Position numbers and translations under genes: made by a program. A model generated the notes under the pieces. The model was not told the origin of the DNA, did no database searches, and saw only the letters and a list, made by a program, of their open reading frames with translations. Below are positions 1 to 29,700 of a stretch of DNA of 64,000 nt, piece after piece (the first letter of the stretch is position 1; each line of letters opens with the position of its first letter). The stretch comes from Macrostomum hystrix (Eukaryota; Animalia; Platyhelminthes), in assembly GCA_950097015.1 (NCBI GenBank), contig CATNEN010000039.1, forward strand, positions 19,468,001 through 19,532,000, read 5' to 3'.

Positions 1-821
1 CAAGTATCTGCCAAGTGTTCTCTATTTTCTTACTCCGGACCATTCGCTATGCCACTTTGACATAAGCCGACTAAAGAAGAAAAAAAGCTCTAGTTAAAAA
101 AAGTGAAATTTATTTCCCAACGCAAATCCGGAAGCGCGAAAAGAAGAAGACTAAAAGATACTGCAGAGCAGCTCTGGCGACTAATTTCAATGCGAAACAT
201 AACAGCCAGCTAGGCCAGGCAAGGTAAGCCCGGTTTCTTTATAAATCGAACTGGAAAAAAATTCTGAAGTGACGAGAGATGCAAATAACTATAGATGGAG
301 AGATTTTATAGAGGCCGGGTATATAGAAGAAAATGTACTTTTCAAACGGTGCACAGCCAGCAGCAGCATTCATTTATGCTGGACCCTGCAGCGAGGCTTC
401 CACTGCAGATGGCTGATGGCCGGGTTCCTATTGCCCAGCCCACCTATTGCACAGGTGAAAACTGAAGGTAGACATATAGTCTGCTAGTCAGCCCATGGGG
501 GCACAGAACAAAACTCGAAGTCTTGAAGAATTTGAATAAATTAAGCGCGCAGGCGAGGTGAGGTCAAGAATCACTCGGGTTGCTAATGTACAGTGCCGAA
601 TAATATATTCGACTGGTGCAGATTCATTATAATCTTAGTCCATCAGTTCTGCGTAGCTGTATTGTTTGGCCTAGCAAACAGTCGTCCAATCTATTAGTTG
701 GTTATTTGGATATTACAAGCCTTTCTGACAACTCCACTTGCCCAATCGCTTCGTCACTCAAGGCATCCCAGTCACAGCTAAATCCTGGCAGCATATCTTC
801 GTTTTTTAAGCCATTTTTGTT

Positions 822-1642
822 CACTCTCAGCCTTTTAGTCACTCTCAGTCTCTCTCAGTCACTCTCAGTCACTCTCAATCACTCTAGGGCACTCTCAATC
901 ACTCTCAGTCACTCTCAGTCACTCTCAGTCACTCTCAGTCTCTCTCAGTCACTCTCAGTCACTCTCAGTCTCTCTCAGTCACTCTCAGTCACTCTCAGTC
1001 ACTCTCAATCACTCTCAGTCACTCTCAATCACTCTCAGTCACTCTCAGTCACTCCCAGTCACTCTCAGCTTTCTAGTCACTCTCAGTCACTCTCAGTCAC
1101 TCTCAGTCACTCTCAGTCACTCTCAGTCACTCTCAGTCACTCTCAGTCACTCTCAATCACTCTCAGTCACTCTCAGTCACTCTCAGTCACTCTCAGTCAC
1201 TCTCAATCACTCTCAGTCACTCTCAGTCACCCTCAGTCACTCTCAGTCACCCTCAATCACTCTCAGTCACTCTCAGTCACTCTCAGTCACTCTCAATCAC
1301 TCTCAGTCACTCTCAATCACTCTCAGTCACTCTCAATCACTCTCAATCACTCTCAGTCACTCTCAGTCACTCTCAGTCACTCTCAGCTTTCTAGTCACTC
1401 TCAGTCACTCTCAATCACTCTCAGTCACTCTCAATCACTCCCAATCACTCTCAGTCACTCTCAGTCACTCTCAGTCACTCTCAGTCACTCTCAGTCACTC
1501 TCAGTCACTCTCAGTCACTCTCAGTCACTCTCAATCACTCTCAGTCACTCTCAGTCACCCTCAGTCACTCTCAGTCACCCTCAGTCACTCTTAGTCACTC
1601 TCAATCACTCTCAGTCACTCTCAGTCACTCTCAGTCACTCTC
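822..1642 (+). repeat. 10-bp tandem repeat (AGTCACTCTC)n
   Basis: Directly visible; explains ORF 616-1653. Confidence 0.95.
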
Positions 1643-2195
1643 AAAATTTGTAATTTGTAAATGCCAATACTTGCTGTGGTTAGATCCTAAATCATTGTTG
1701 TCTTTAGAAGCGAATAGTTTTCTAGGAAGGAAATCGTAATGGGTTTCGAGTAGACTGCGTAAATATTTAGTTTTCAAAGGCTTTTCGGCTCGTTACAGAC
1801 CTTATTCTTCGCACATCATTAATAACACCGACGCGTTGCTAACCTAGCGTCGGTGTGTTTTTGTCTATTTTTTTTCTCTGATCAGACGAACACGGTACGG
1901 TTGGGGATGGGGCCAGCTAGGCAATGCTTGCCTCCCTCCTTCCCAGAATCCAATTTGCAAGTCTTGTCGGAATCCTCATAGCCTATGCTTGTTTTGGAAG
2001 GCCTGTCAGCCAAACTGGCCTGGATTATCGCCTTGGTTCCGACCGCGTTGCTTCAGAATATAGTTTTTAAATTTTATCTTTTTAATTTAGTCAAATTTGT
2101 TTGCAATCAAAATAAAGTTTATTAGATAAAAAATTAGTTCATATTTTTAGGTGCGTTTCAAAAAGCGATTTTCCATTGCACTACAGGTCTCTATA

Positions 2196-2865
2196 TGACT
2201 CTGACCTGTTAGACACAGTGTGACTCTGACCTGTTAGACACAGTGTGACTCTGACCTGTTAGACACAGTGTGACTCTGACCTGTTAGACACAGTGTGACT
2301 CTGACCTGTTAGACACAGTGTGACTCTGACCTGTTAGACACAGTGTGACTCTGACCTGTTAGACACAGTGTGACTCTGACCTGTTAGACACAGTGTGACT
2401 CAGACCTGTTAGACACAGTGTGACTCAGACCTGTTAGACACAGTGTGACTCAGACCTGTTAGACACAGTGTGACTCTGACCTGTTAGACACAGTGTGACT
2501 CGGACCTGTTAGACACAGTGTGACTCTGACCTGTTAGACACAGTGTGACTCTGACCTGTTAGACACAGTGTGACTCAGACCTGTTAGACACAGTGTGACT
2601 CTGACCTGTTAGACACAGTGTGACTCAGACCTGTTAGACACAGTGTGACTCTGACCTGTTAGACACAGTGTGACTCTGACCTGTTAGACAGGGTGAGACT
2701 ATGACCTGTTAGACAGGGTGAGACTATGACCTGTTATAGGCAGGGTGAGACTATGACCTGTTAGACAGGGTGAGACTATGACCTGTTATAGGCAGGGTGA
2801 GACTATGACCTGTTAGACAGGGTGAGACTATGACCTGTTATAGGCAGGGTGAGACTATGACCTGT
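2196..2865 (+). repeat. 25-bp minisatellite (TGACTCTGACCTGTTAGACACAGTG)n grading into a GACAGGGTGAGACTATGACCTGTTA variant
   Basis: Directly visible. Confidence 0.95.
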
Positions 2866-3054
2866 GAATTTGGGAATTCTCATCATTGCGTAGTCGAGTT
2901 TGAGTTGCAAAAATTTACTGGTGTAATTAAATGCTCAACTATGCTCTGAATTCGCTAATTTTCAGCCATTTCGCTGGCATTGCTGGTTCAATCGTCAAGG
3001 TCAACTATTATTTAATTCGCCTTAGCACCTTAGCAACGCCTTAGCAACAGACTC

Positions 3055-20299
<17,245 letters not shown>

Positions 20300-22441
20300 C
20301 ACGCAATGCAGACATCTTCCACAAATTTGTTTCGCTCAGTACGCGTTTGTAAAATCGAAATTCAGATACTCCAGCACTGACTCCTACTTGCCCGTTCTCT
20401 AACCAAAGAATTCCACGAAATTTTCGTATTTTTCTATGAAACGTGAATTTTTTGTTATTTGAATGGTACAACTTTTAATTTCACATTAATAGCTTTTGTT
20501 CATTTCAATTGGCTCAATTTTTTCACATTAATTTGTGTATTTCTTTGCGTCTATAGCCCGATTTTGTTTAAGCTATATAACTTTTGTTAGATTGAAGGTC
20601 TGATCTACCTGTTTACACATGCATTATACCCTGCATTGTTTAGAATAGTGAAAAAGCAACATAATGCAAAGTCAACTAATAACAATAGCCATCACGTTAT
20701 AATAACTCTATATTCAGCATCTCAACATGGTATTATTATTGTACGACTTTGTCATGCCACAATAATTATTTGATTTAATTAATCAACTATTAGTTTATAA
20801 CTGTGTTATAAATTGAACTTTCTTGCAGACAAACAAGCGCACAATGTCACTGTCATTTTTTCGCTCTTTTTGTTTACTTCAGATCTTTAAGCGTCTGTTA
20901 TTGCTCAATAATGCAAATAATTAATCTACCGAATTAAACTTTTGCTGAGATTTATGGTGTAATTTTTCATTTTATTTATTGAAATATGGATAGGTATGTC
21001 CAACATACGCTAGTTTGCTCCAAATGCAACTCCATTTTGATCCAAATGTTTGAAGATTTGTTATTATCCAAATTGCATGTTAATAAATATATAATTGTGG
21101 ACGTATTTCGTGCCTTTTGTGTTCAAAATCTTCTTGCAGAATTGATATTAGCCGTCGTATTTTGTTAAATTGCTAGAAATGAATGTTTTGTTACAATAGT
21201 TTTCCACTGTCACCTGTGTGTACTTCTTTTAAAATTAAATGTTTTCGACAAAATTTTCGAACACAGAATTAGTACACCATTTGTAAGCACTAAAAAAGAA
21301 AAAAATCCTAATAAAATATAAAGCCATTCTTTCTGCGTTACTTTTTTAACGATTCGATACTTCGATGAAGTGAACAAAGAAAGCGATCTGTTAAATAAGG
21401 AAAAACTGAACTAGTAATTGTAATGAGTACGCTATCATAGAATACTGGAAAAAAACAAAAATGTGGACCAAAATCTAAAAACTTGTTTACCAAAAGATGA
21501 ATGATTATGCCATTACTAATTTGTTATTCAGTAAAGATTTAATATACAACTTACTTTTTTTATTAAATCTTAGTATATGACAGTACTTGCCAATTTATTT
21601 CAACGACTAATAACTGCACGTTGCACAGAAATTCAGCTCTTTTTAAATATTATATTAGCAGTCATAATTTAATTATTGGCACTAAATGTGATCGTTGCAA
21701 AAAAGACCACAGTTGACAGTCCTATTTCTATTATAATTTTAAAGGACCAATGGAGTGTAACTATAAAACGGTGTAGTTATACTAAAATCGTCATTGATAA
21801 ATTTTATATAATTGCTTAATGACAACGACTCAGACACCGATAAAAGTCGTAGTTACTGTTTAAGCAGCATTTGAGCCTACTTTAGTTAAGCTACAAGACA
21901 CGAGCCAATGAAATAGCTTAGTAAAGAAATGGTGACTGTTTAATGCTAAAAAATAATTTAATTTCCATTTCATATGATCTTATACATAATCAAATTCTTG
22001 GCTAATTTGACATTTTCCGGACTTTGAGTAAGCTGTCACGAACTATTTTAATTATCGTGGTAAGTGCTTAACAAATCTAAAATACACGTGAAACATAAAA
22101 GCAATTAAAATGTAAGGCGCAATCTTACTGCAATTAAAAAAGAAAATCAAGTCTCTGAAATAATTAAATTTATTATTACCTCTTTGCTTTGCTGTGCATT
22201 TTTAATTTTCTGAAACTGCATAAAATGATGTCGTCGACGATTACGACGAGAGATATTTCGTGCTTAGTCCAGGACAGTGGGCATTAAGTATTACCTATAT
22301 CTAAGACAATTTATTAGTATGTCCAGTAACAAAGAATTTAAATTCTATATGCGACTCTTTTGAATTTGTAAGCTACCATGTCTCGGCTTAGGGCGTTTAG
22401 GCTTGTGGAAATGTAGTAGGCCTAAAAAACCAAGCGCTGAG

Positions 22442-23067
22442 GTATTCCTATGTATTGGGGTCCTTGCGAAAGCCTTTAGGCTAAAGGCTATCCAATTATA
22501 AATTTTTCGTAGAAAATCTTTCTTTATTTTTTAAAATAGCAGCTATACTATGCAGTCAATAAATTATAAAAGCAGCTGTTTTGTATTTTTGAATGTTATG
22601 TAATAATTTACACAAGTTGATTTACATTTTCGCTTCTGCTTTATTGAAACTAATATCATTATGGAGTGCTTAGCCTCAACCTTAGGTCAGGAATATTGGG
22701 GAATGCAGGAACTTAGGGACATTAAAACTAAAACTGAAACTAAAAGAAAATTAAAACTACTCTTGCTTTGCATTATTTTATGAACAAAAAGAGCTTCATT
22801 ACAGGAATGTAGTTGTTGCTGTCATTTGCCATCATTGTCATGGTGACTGATTCAGAATAATTTTGATGCCCACAAAAAGTGCTTAGCAGTTAGGCTCACC
22901 CTATAATAAATAGTATTAATATTTGATGGGTTTCTATTGAATTTAAATCCTATTTATTTGTCACTCAATTTACGCAACTCAAATCAGCATGTCTTGCTTA
23001 GTGTCGTATTCCTATGTATTGGGGTCCTTGCAAAAGCCTTTAGGCTAAAGGCTATCCAATTATAAAT
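22442..23067 (+). repeat. 62-bp direct repeat pair upstream of GBF1
   Basis: 22442-22503 and 23006-23067 differ at one visible base; each contains the near-palindrome AGCCTTTAG-G-CTAAAGGCT followed by CCAATTATAAAT. Confidence 0.85.
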
Positions 23068-23732
23068 GAATTAAAGTTTAATCCTATTCATTTGCCATTT
23101 TTCCATAGATAAAACACCAACAACAAATTTCTTTAAAAATTCTTAATTATATATATGACACAAAGTGTAGTTATCCTGTGATAAAGAAGCCATTTCATAG
23201 GAAGTGGTTGTAGATGGAACAATTTGGTTTTCTTTTTTTGAACTCAGTACCCTTAAGAACATAGAGACAGAGACAGCGCCTACAAAAATAGAACAATTTC
23301 ATTGGATTAAAGTTCAAGATGCCCACTTGGCTTTTACACTGCCTATGGGCATATGGCTATCAATCCATGACAAATAATGTGCATGAGATCCATGTTTATG
23401 TTGGATTTGGGTGCTAAGGGTGCTAATTGCTATCTTTACTAAAGGAGCTAATTTACTGGTTTGGTGTTGTGGACTCACACCCCAGATATTTTAATCCCTC
23501 ATTTATATTGAGTTTGCAATCAAACTATGGAGCTTATTGGCTGAATAAATTGCATTAAATAATAGCAACTATATAATATTTTCAATACAAGAACATAAGA
23601 AACATAAGAACCTTTTAAAGACTCCAAATTTTTTAAATCTAAAATTCACACACAAATTCACTCATTTTTCCAGTGCTAAAACTTACTAATATATGCCATT
23701 AGTTGTTGTTTGCCATAACTACTAGGCAGCTA

Positions 23733-26700
23733 ATGTCTCCCATCAATGGTATTAGCATTGTGCAGGGCGAGATTGCCTACCTAGTTAGCCATCTGAGAAG
23801 GGATCTGCGTCACAGCAAGCACACTGTAAGTTTTGCTTATTTTTGCTTTACCTGCTGAGGGTTGTAGCATAGTGGTTAGGGCGTTGGACTCACACCTTGC
23901 AGGTCGGGGGTTTGGCGTCTGTGGGTGGGTGGGTGTGGCGTCTCCACAGTTCATGGAGACTGAACAGCTGTATGCAGCCTTCAGATGCGCCGCGCAATAG
24001 CTGCAGCTGTGCTCTCGGCTGCGCATCTGGCCTGAATGGGGCAGGTGTAATCAATTATTATTATATCCACCTTTCTTTCTTTTCTAATGGGTAAACATCA
24101 GGAGTAACTATTACTTTAGCTATATAGTTTAATGCCTCGTCATCTAATTAGTCTCCAAAACTTAATTTTTATTAACTAACGCAGCACGATGACCAAGTCC
24201 ACATGGAGAATCTATTCGAAGATTTCGCCGCCCTGAAGGACGCGCTCAACTCTGTCGATAGCCTGTCTGATCTAGACGCCGAGACATTCCTTTCTCCATT
24301 CCTGGAAGTTATCACAGCCAAAGCCACTATGGGCCGAGTGACCGGTTTGGCTGTCACTTCAATCAATAAATTCCTTAGTTACGAGCTCATTAACGAGTCT
24401 ACACCAAATCTGACTAGCGTCATTGAGCTGATTGGCGTAGCTGTCACTCACGCCAATTTTCATGGCACAGATCCGGGCAGCAATGAGGCTGTGCTAGCTA
24501 GAATCCTTCAGGTAACTCCATGGCCTCACGAACAGCTTTATGGCTCTACAAGCGAGTCAAATGCTCTCTCCCGTGTCTCATCTCTCCCGTGTCTCATCTC
24601 TCCCGTGTCTAGTCTCATTCCAGTGTCATCTCTCCCGTGTCTCATCTCTCCCGTGTCTCATCTCTCCCGTGTCTAGTCTCATTCCAGTGTCATCTCTCCC
24701 GTGTCTCATCTCTCCCGTGTCTCATCTCTCCCGTGTCTAGTCTCATTCCAGTGTCATCTCTCCCGTGTCTCATCTCTCCCGTGTCTAGTCTCATTCCAGT
24801 GTCATCTCTCCCGTGTCTCATCTCTCCCGTGTCTAGTCTCATTCCAGTGTCAACTCTCCCGTGTCTGGTCTCATTCCAGTCTCATCTCTCCCATGTCTCA
24901 TCTCTCCCATGTCTCATCTCTCCCGTGTCTCATATCTCCCGTGTCTCATCTCTCCCGTGTCTCATCTCTCCCGTGTCTCATCTCTCCCGTGTCTCATCTC
25001 TCTCATGTCTCATCTCTCCCGTGTCTGGTCTCATTCCAGTCTCATCTCTCCCATGTCTCATCTCTCCCGTGTCTCATCTCTCCCGTGTCTCATCTCTCCC
25101 GTGTCTCATCTCTCCCGTGTCTCATCTCTCCCGTGTCTCATCTCTCCCGTGTCTCATCTCTCCCGTGTCTCATCTGTCCCGTGTCTGGTCTATCTTTTGT
25201 CTAACCTCTGCCTCACGTGCTGCGAGTACCATATGAAAAAAATTATTAAACGCAATCATCAGCCATCTAAACTCTGACCCAATGCAGGTATTGCGCACCC
25301 TCTTAGTGATCCCAGTCGGCGCTCACCTGTCCAACGCTACCGTCTACGAAATTTTCAAATCCTGTCTTCATTTGTGCTTCGAGCGCGATGTTACAGAGTT
25401 GATGCGTAAAACTGCCGAATACCAGCTAATGGACATGGTTCAGTTGCTGTTTGCCAGGCTGCCACAGCTCAAAGATGACTTGCTGACGCAACAGAAGCTC
25501 AAGGCTGCGCGTCAAAAGCAACAGCAGCAGCAGCAACAACAACAGCAGCAGCAGCAACCCTCTGACAAATTGATGACTTTGAATTCCTGTGAAACTGCTG
25601 TCTCTGGTATTTCTGACCCTCCTGCTTACACTGAGACATCGCAGGAGTCCGAGCAGCAGCCGCAACAGCAACAGCCGCAGCAGGAGCAACAAAAGCAGCA
25701 GCAGCAGCAGCAATTATCAGAGGCTTCTAGCGCAGGTGGCGGCGGCATCGGGGGTGAATTCGACACCGGCTCGACGCCTTTCATTGCCAAAACTTTCTCC
25801 GAGCTGCACAAAGACTTTCAGGTTCGTATGCTATTCATTAGACTTAATTCTACAATGGGCATTACAAATGTCGTTGCTTCTCCGTCATCAGGACCGTCAG
25901 CAGGACTCCTGTTGCATCGACATTGAAAAATACGTGCCCGAAGTGTCGGCGGCTGAAAAAACTTCATCAGCATCCGATGCGGCTAAGGAAGCGGCAGTTT
26001 CTGAAGACGCCGCTACCAACGATGCTGTTGCCGTTGTTTCTCTAACTGACGACGGCGCTGCCGCTTCTGATGGCGCTTCTGCTGACCCCACAGCTCAGTC
26101 GGATGAGCATTCGATTTCCTTGATTGCAGCGACTAGTGCTCGAGACCGGACTGTGTCACTCTCAGAGCCGGCTGGTCTAGAAGCCGAAGCTGTTGAAACT
26201 GCAGCCGCGCCGGCCGTGGCTTCGGCTGCCACGCAAGAAGCTGCCGTTGAGGCGGAAGTCGATGATGCCGCCACCGATGCTGACGCTGTAGACTTTGTGG
26301 CGCCAGAGAGTGAGCCAGTCGAGCTGGCGCCAGCTAAGGAGTATGTCAATCCGAAAGGCATTCGATTCACTGCCGGTAAGATGTCAGAACCTGTCTCATC
26401 TCTCCCCTGTCTCATCTCTCCCCTGTCTCATCTCTCCCCTGTCTCATCTCTCCCCTGTCTCATCTCTCCGAGTCTTATCTCTCCCAGTCTTATCTCTCCC
26501 TGTCTCAACTCCTCCCTGTCTCATTTCTCCCAGTCTTATCTCTCCCTGTCTTATCTCTCCCGGTCTTATCTCTCCGAGTCTTATCTCTTTCCTGTCTCAT
26601 CTCTCCCAGTCTTATCTCTCCCTGTCTCAACTCCTCCCTGTCTCATTTCTCCCAGTCTTATCTCTCCCTGTCTTATCTCTCCCAGTCTTATCTCTCCCTG

Positions 26701-29700
26701 TCTCATCTCTCCGAGTCTTATCTCTTTCCTGTCTCATCTCTCCCAGTCATATGTCTCCATGTCTCATCCCATCGCATTGCGCATCACAGAATCATCCGAC
26801 GAAGCTACAGCTGCTTCACAATGTGAGGATGCCTCTGGCGGGGTCGTTAATGCAGCTTCCAGTGCAAATTCGACGGCTGCTGGGGCTGCGGCAAATTTAA
26901 CCGCCGGCGGCCTTTCATCAACGCTGAGCGTTGCGAACAGCAAACGCCAACTTGGACCCTACGGATTGCTAAGTGTGCGCGAAATTTTTAAACAATTAAT
27001 CGCCAACATGAATCCGCACGATCGCAGTAACACCGATGCCAAGATGGAGACCTGTTTAAATTTGTTGGCGCAAGCCTTTGAAGTGGCAGCCGACAGTTTA
27101 GAAAAGTGCGACTGCCTATTGGATCTAGTTCGCAGCGATTTGTGCAAGAATCTTGTGTCGGTGAGTGAGCCTCTTGAATGTGAAAAAATTTTGAATTTGA
27201 TAATCTACCCAAATATACTCAAACGACTCAAAAGCCTCTCTAATGACCAAAAGCCTCACCTATGACTCAAACGACTCTAACGCCTCTCCCACGACCCAAA
27301 GGCCTCCCGAATGACTCAAACGACTCAAACGTCTCTCCGACGACTCAAAAGCCACCCGAATGACTCAAACGACTCAAACGCCTCACCTATGATCAAACGA
27401 CTCTCCAACGACCTAAAAGCCTCACCCATGACTCAAACTACTCAAACGCCTCTCCAACGACCCAAAAGCCTCACCTATGACTCAAACGACTCAAACGCCT
27501 TTCCAACGACTCAAAAGCCTCACCTATGATCAAACGACTCTCCAACGACTCAAAAGCCTCACCTATGATCAAACGACTCAAATGACTCTCCAACGACCTA
27601 AAAGCCTCACCCATGACTCAAACTATTAAACGCCTCTCCAACGACCTAAAAGCCTCACCCATGACTCAAACTATTAAACGCCTCTCCAACGACCTAAAAG
27701 CCTCACCCATGACTCAAACGCCTCTCCAACGACTCAAAAGCCTCACCTATGATCAAACGACTCAAATGACTCTCCAACGACCTAAAAGCCTCACCCATGA
27801 CTCAAACTACTCAAACGCCTCTCCAACGACCCAAAAGCCTCACCTATGACTCAAACTACTCAAACGCCTTAAGTATTATAAGTATTAGTAAGTATTAAGA
27901 ATTATTTTAAGTATTGTAGTCACGCATTGATCCCCGCAGCTGCTGCACTTCACTGGCACCTCCGTATTTGCCGCTTCGCTTCGATTGGGCTACCTGATCT
28001 TCAGTTCACTTCGTTGCCACCTAAAATTTCAATTAGAGCTCTACCTGACCCGCCTAATGGAAATCGTCACCTCAGAGGGCAGTCGGGTGTCGTTTGATCA
28101 TCGCGAACTGGCTCTAGAATCCCTAGTACAGCTCTGGCGAGTGCCCGGCTTCGTTGCTGAAGTCTATCTAAACTACGACTGCGATCTGTACTGTTCTAGC
28201 CTGTTTCGCGACATCACAGAGCTGCTATCAAAGAATGCGTTCAGCACTGGCGGCGGCATATTTAGCACACATTTGTTGTCTCTTGACGCCCTATTAACTG
28301 TAATTGATTGCATTGAATCTAATTGTCATGCCCTGTCGGCATCTGGCAGTTCGTCTGGGTCAGCAACAAAAACTAACCAACAAAAGCAACAACAGAAATC
28401 GCCTCAGCAACCTCAGCAGCAGCAGCAGCCGCATCGGTTATCGCTTACGCAGGCCTCTCTTACTACTGGATATCAAGCAGCCCGTGTGCAAGCGATTGCA
28501 TCGACTGTGTCAACATTGGCAACGTCTCCTACGTCAGTGTCCGGCCCTGTTGACGGTCATGCTGACGCCTGCGATCAGCAAGAATTGGCGCGCCGACGAG
28601 AGCGCAAAAAACTTTTACTACAGGGCGCTGACCTGTTCAATAGGAACCCTACCAAGGGTTTGGCCTTCCTGGGCGAGAACAAATTGTTGTCTCCCGACTG
28701 TCCGGAAAGTGTGGCCAACTTTCTAAGGGAGAATCCAAGATTGGATAAAAAGGTGTGTTTACATTTTTAACAGTACCCGCGTATGCCATTTCAGAGTTAA
28801 AATGGGATTCAGTTTTTGTTATAAAAATGTCTATCTTCTTTATAGTTGTTTAGGGGGGTCGGTGGCAGAGCGGTTAACGCGTTTGCCTCTCACACCACTG
28901 TCCCTAAGTTCGATTCCACGGCGAGGCCACATTTATTTGGGGCGCAGCCGCGGAGAGAAGGCTTGGTCGCTTGTCGTGCAATTTACGCCCTTGAGGGCCA
29001 ACCTCCAAGGCACAGTGAGAGTGTACACTGCCTGACGATGAGAAAGTCAGGGCAGATGTACACACCTGTGTGAGTGTATGCCTGCGTACAGTATCTGTGT
29101 GCGTGTGTGCTCAGGAGTCAGCGAAATGGGCAGAATTGCCTCCTCGCTGGCTTCGGGTCTAGTGTCACCAAATGGTGTGCCACTGCCCGCAGCCCTCCTG
29201 CAATTATTATTAGTATATACTATTATTATATTGGTTTATAGTTCCGTAAATATTCATCAAGATATGAATATTTCTTACTGACGGCTCTTTGACCCTCCAT
29301 CCAAGGTTCTCGGCGAGTTCATTAGCAAAAAGAAACTGGCTCCTATACTTCGCGCCTTCTGTCGAAGCTTTACATTCGCCGGTCGTCGTGTTGACGAAGC
29401 TCTGCGCGACTATCTGGAGACATTCCGACTGCCCGGCGAGGCGCCACTTATCCAGCACGTGTTGGAGAACTTTGCCGATCATTGGCACATCGCCAACGGT
29501 CACCCATTTGCTAACGAAGACGCTGCTTACGTCTTGGCCTATTCGGTTATCATGCTCAACACTGATCAGCACAATGCCAACGCTAGGAAGCAGAATCTGC
29601 CAATGACTCTGGAAAACTTTAAACGCAATCTCAAAGGCGTCAACGGTGGTCAAGACTTTGATCAGGACATGCTCGAAGCTATCTACATGACTATCAAGAA

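Noticed and set aside
616-1653. 345-aa Ser/Leu-rich ORF (likewise 14136-14745, 19320-19914, 40850-42286, 44052-44555, 45735-46220, 57284-58374)
   Set aside because: Stop-free readings of minisatellites, often open in several frames or both strands.
29110-29210. HDV-like ribozyme in SINE A (GCCTCCTCGCTGGC equals the HDV P3-L3 segment)
   Set aside because: I could not find convincing P1.1, J4/2 and P2 partners; the simple hairpin AGTCAGCGA/TCGCTGGCT explains it. An RNArobo or Infernal search would settle it.
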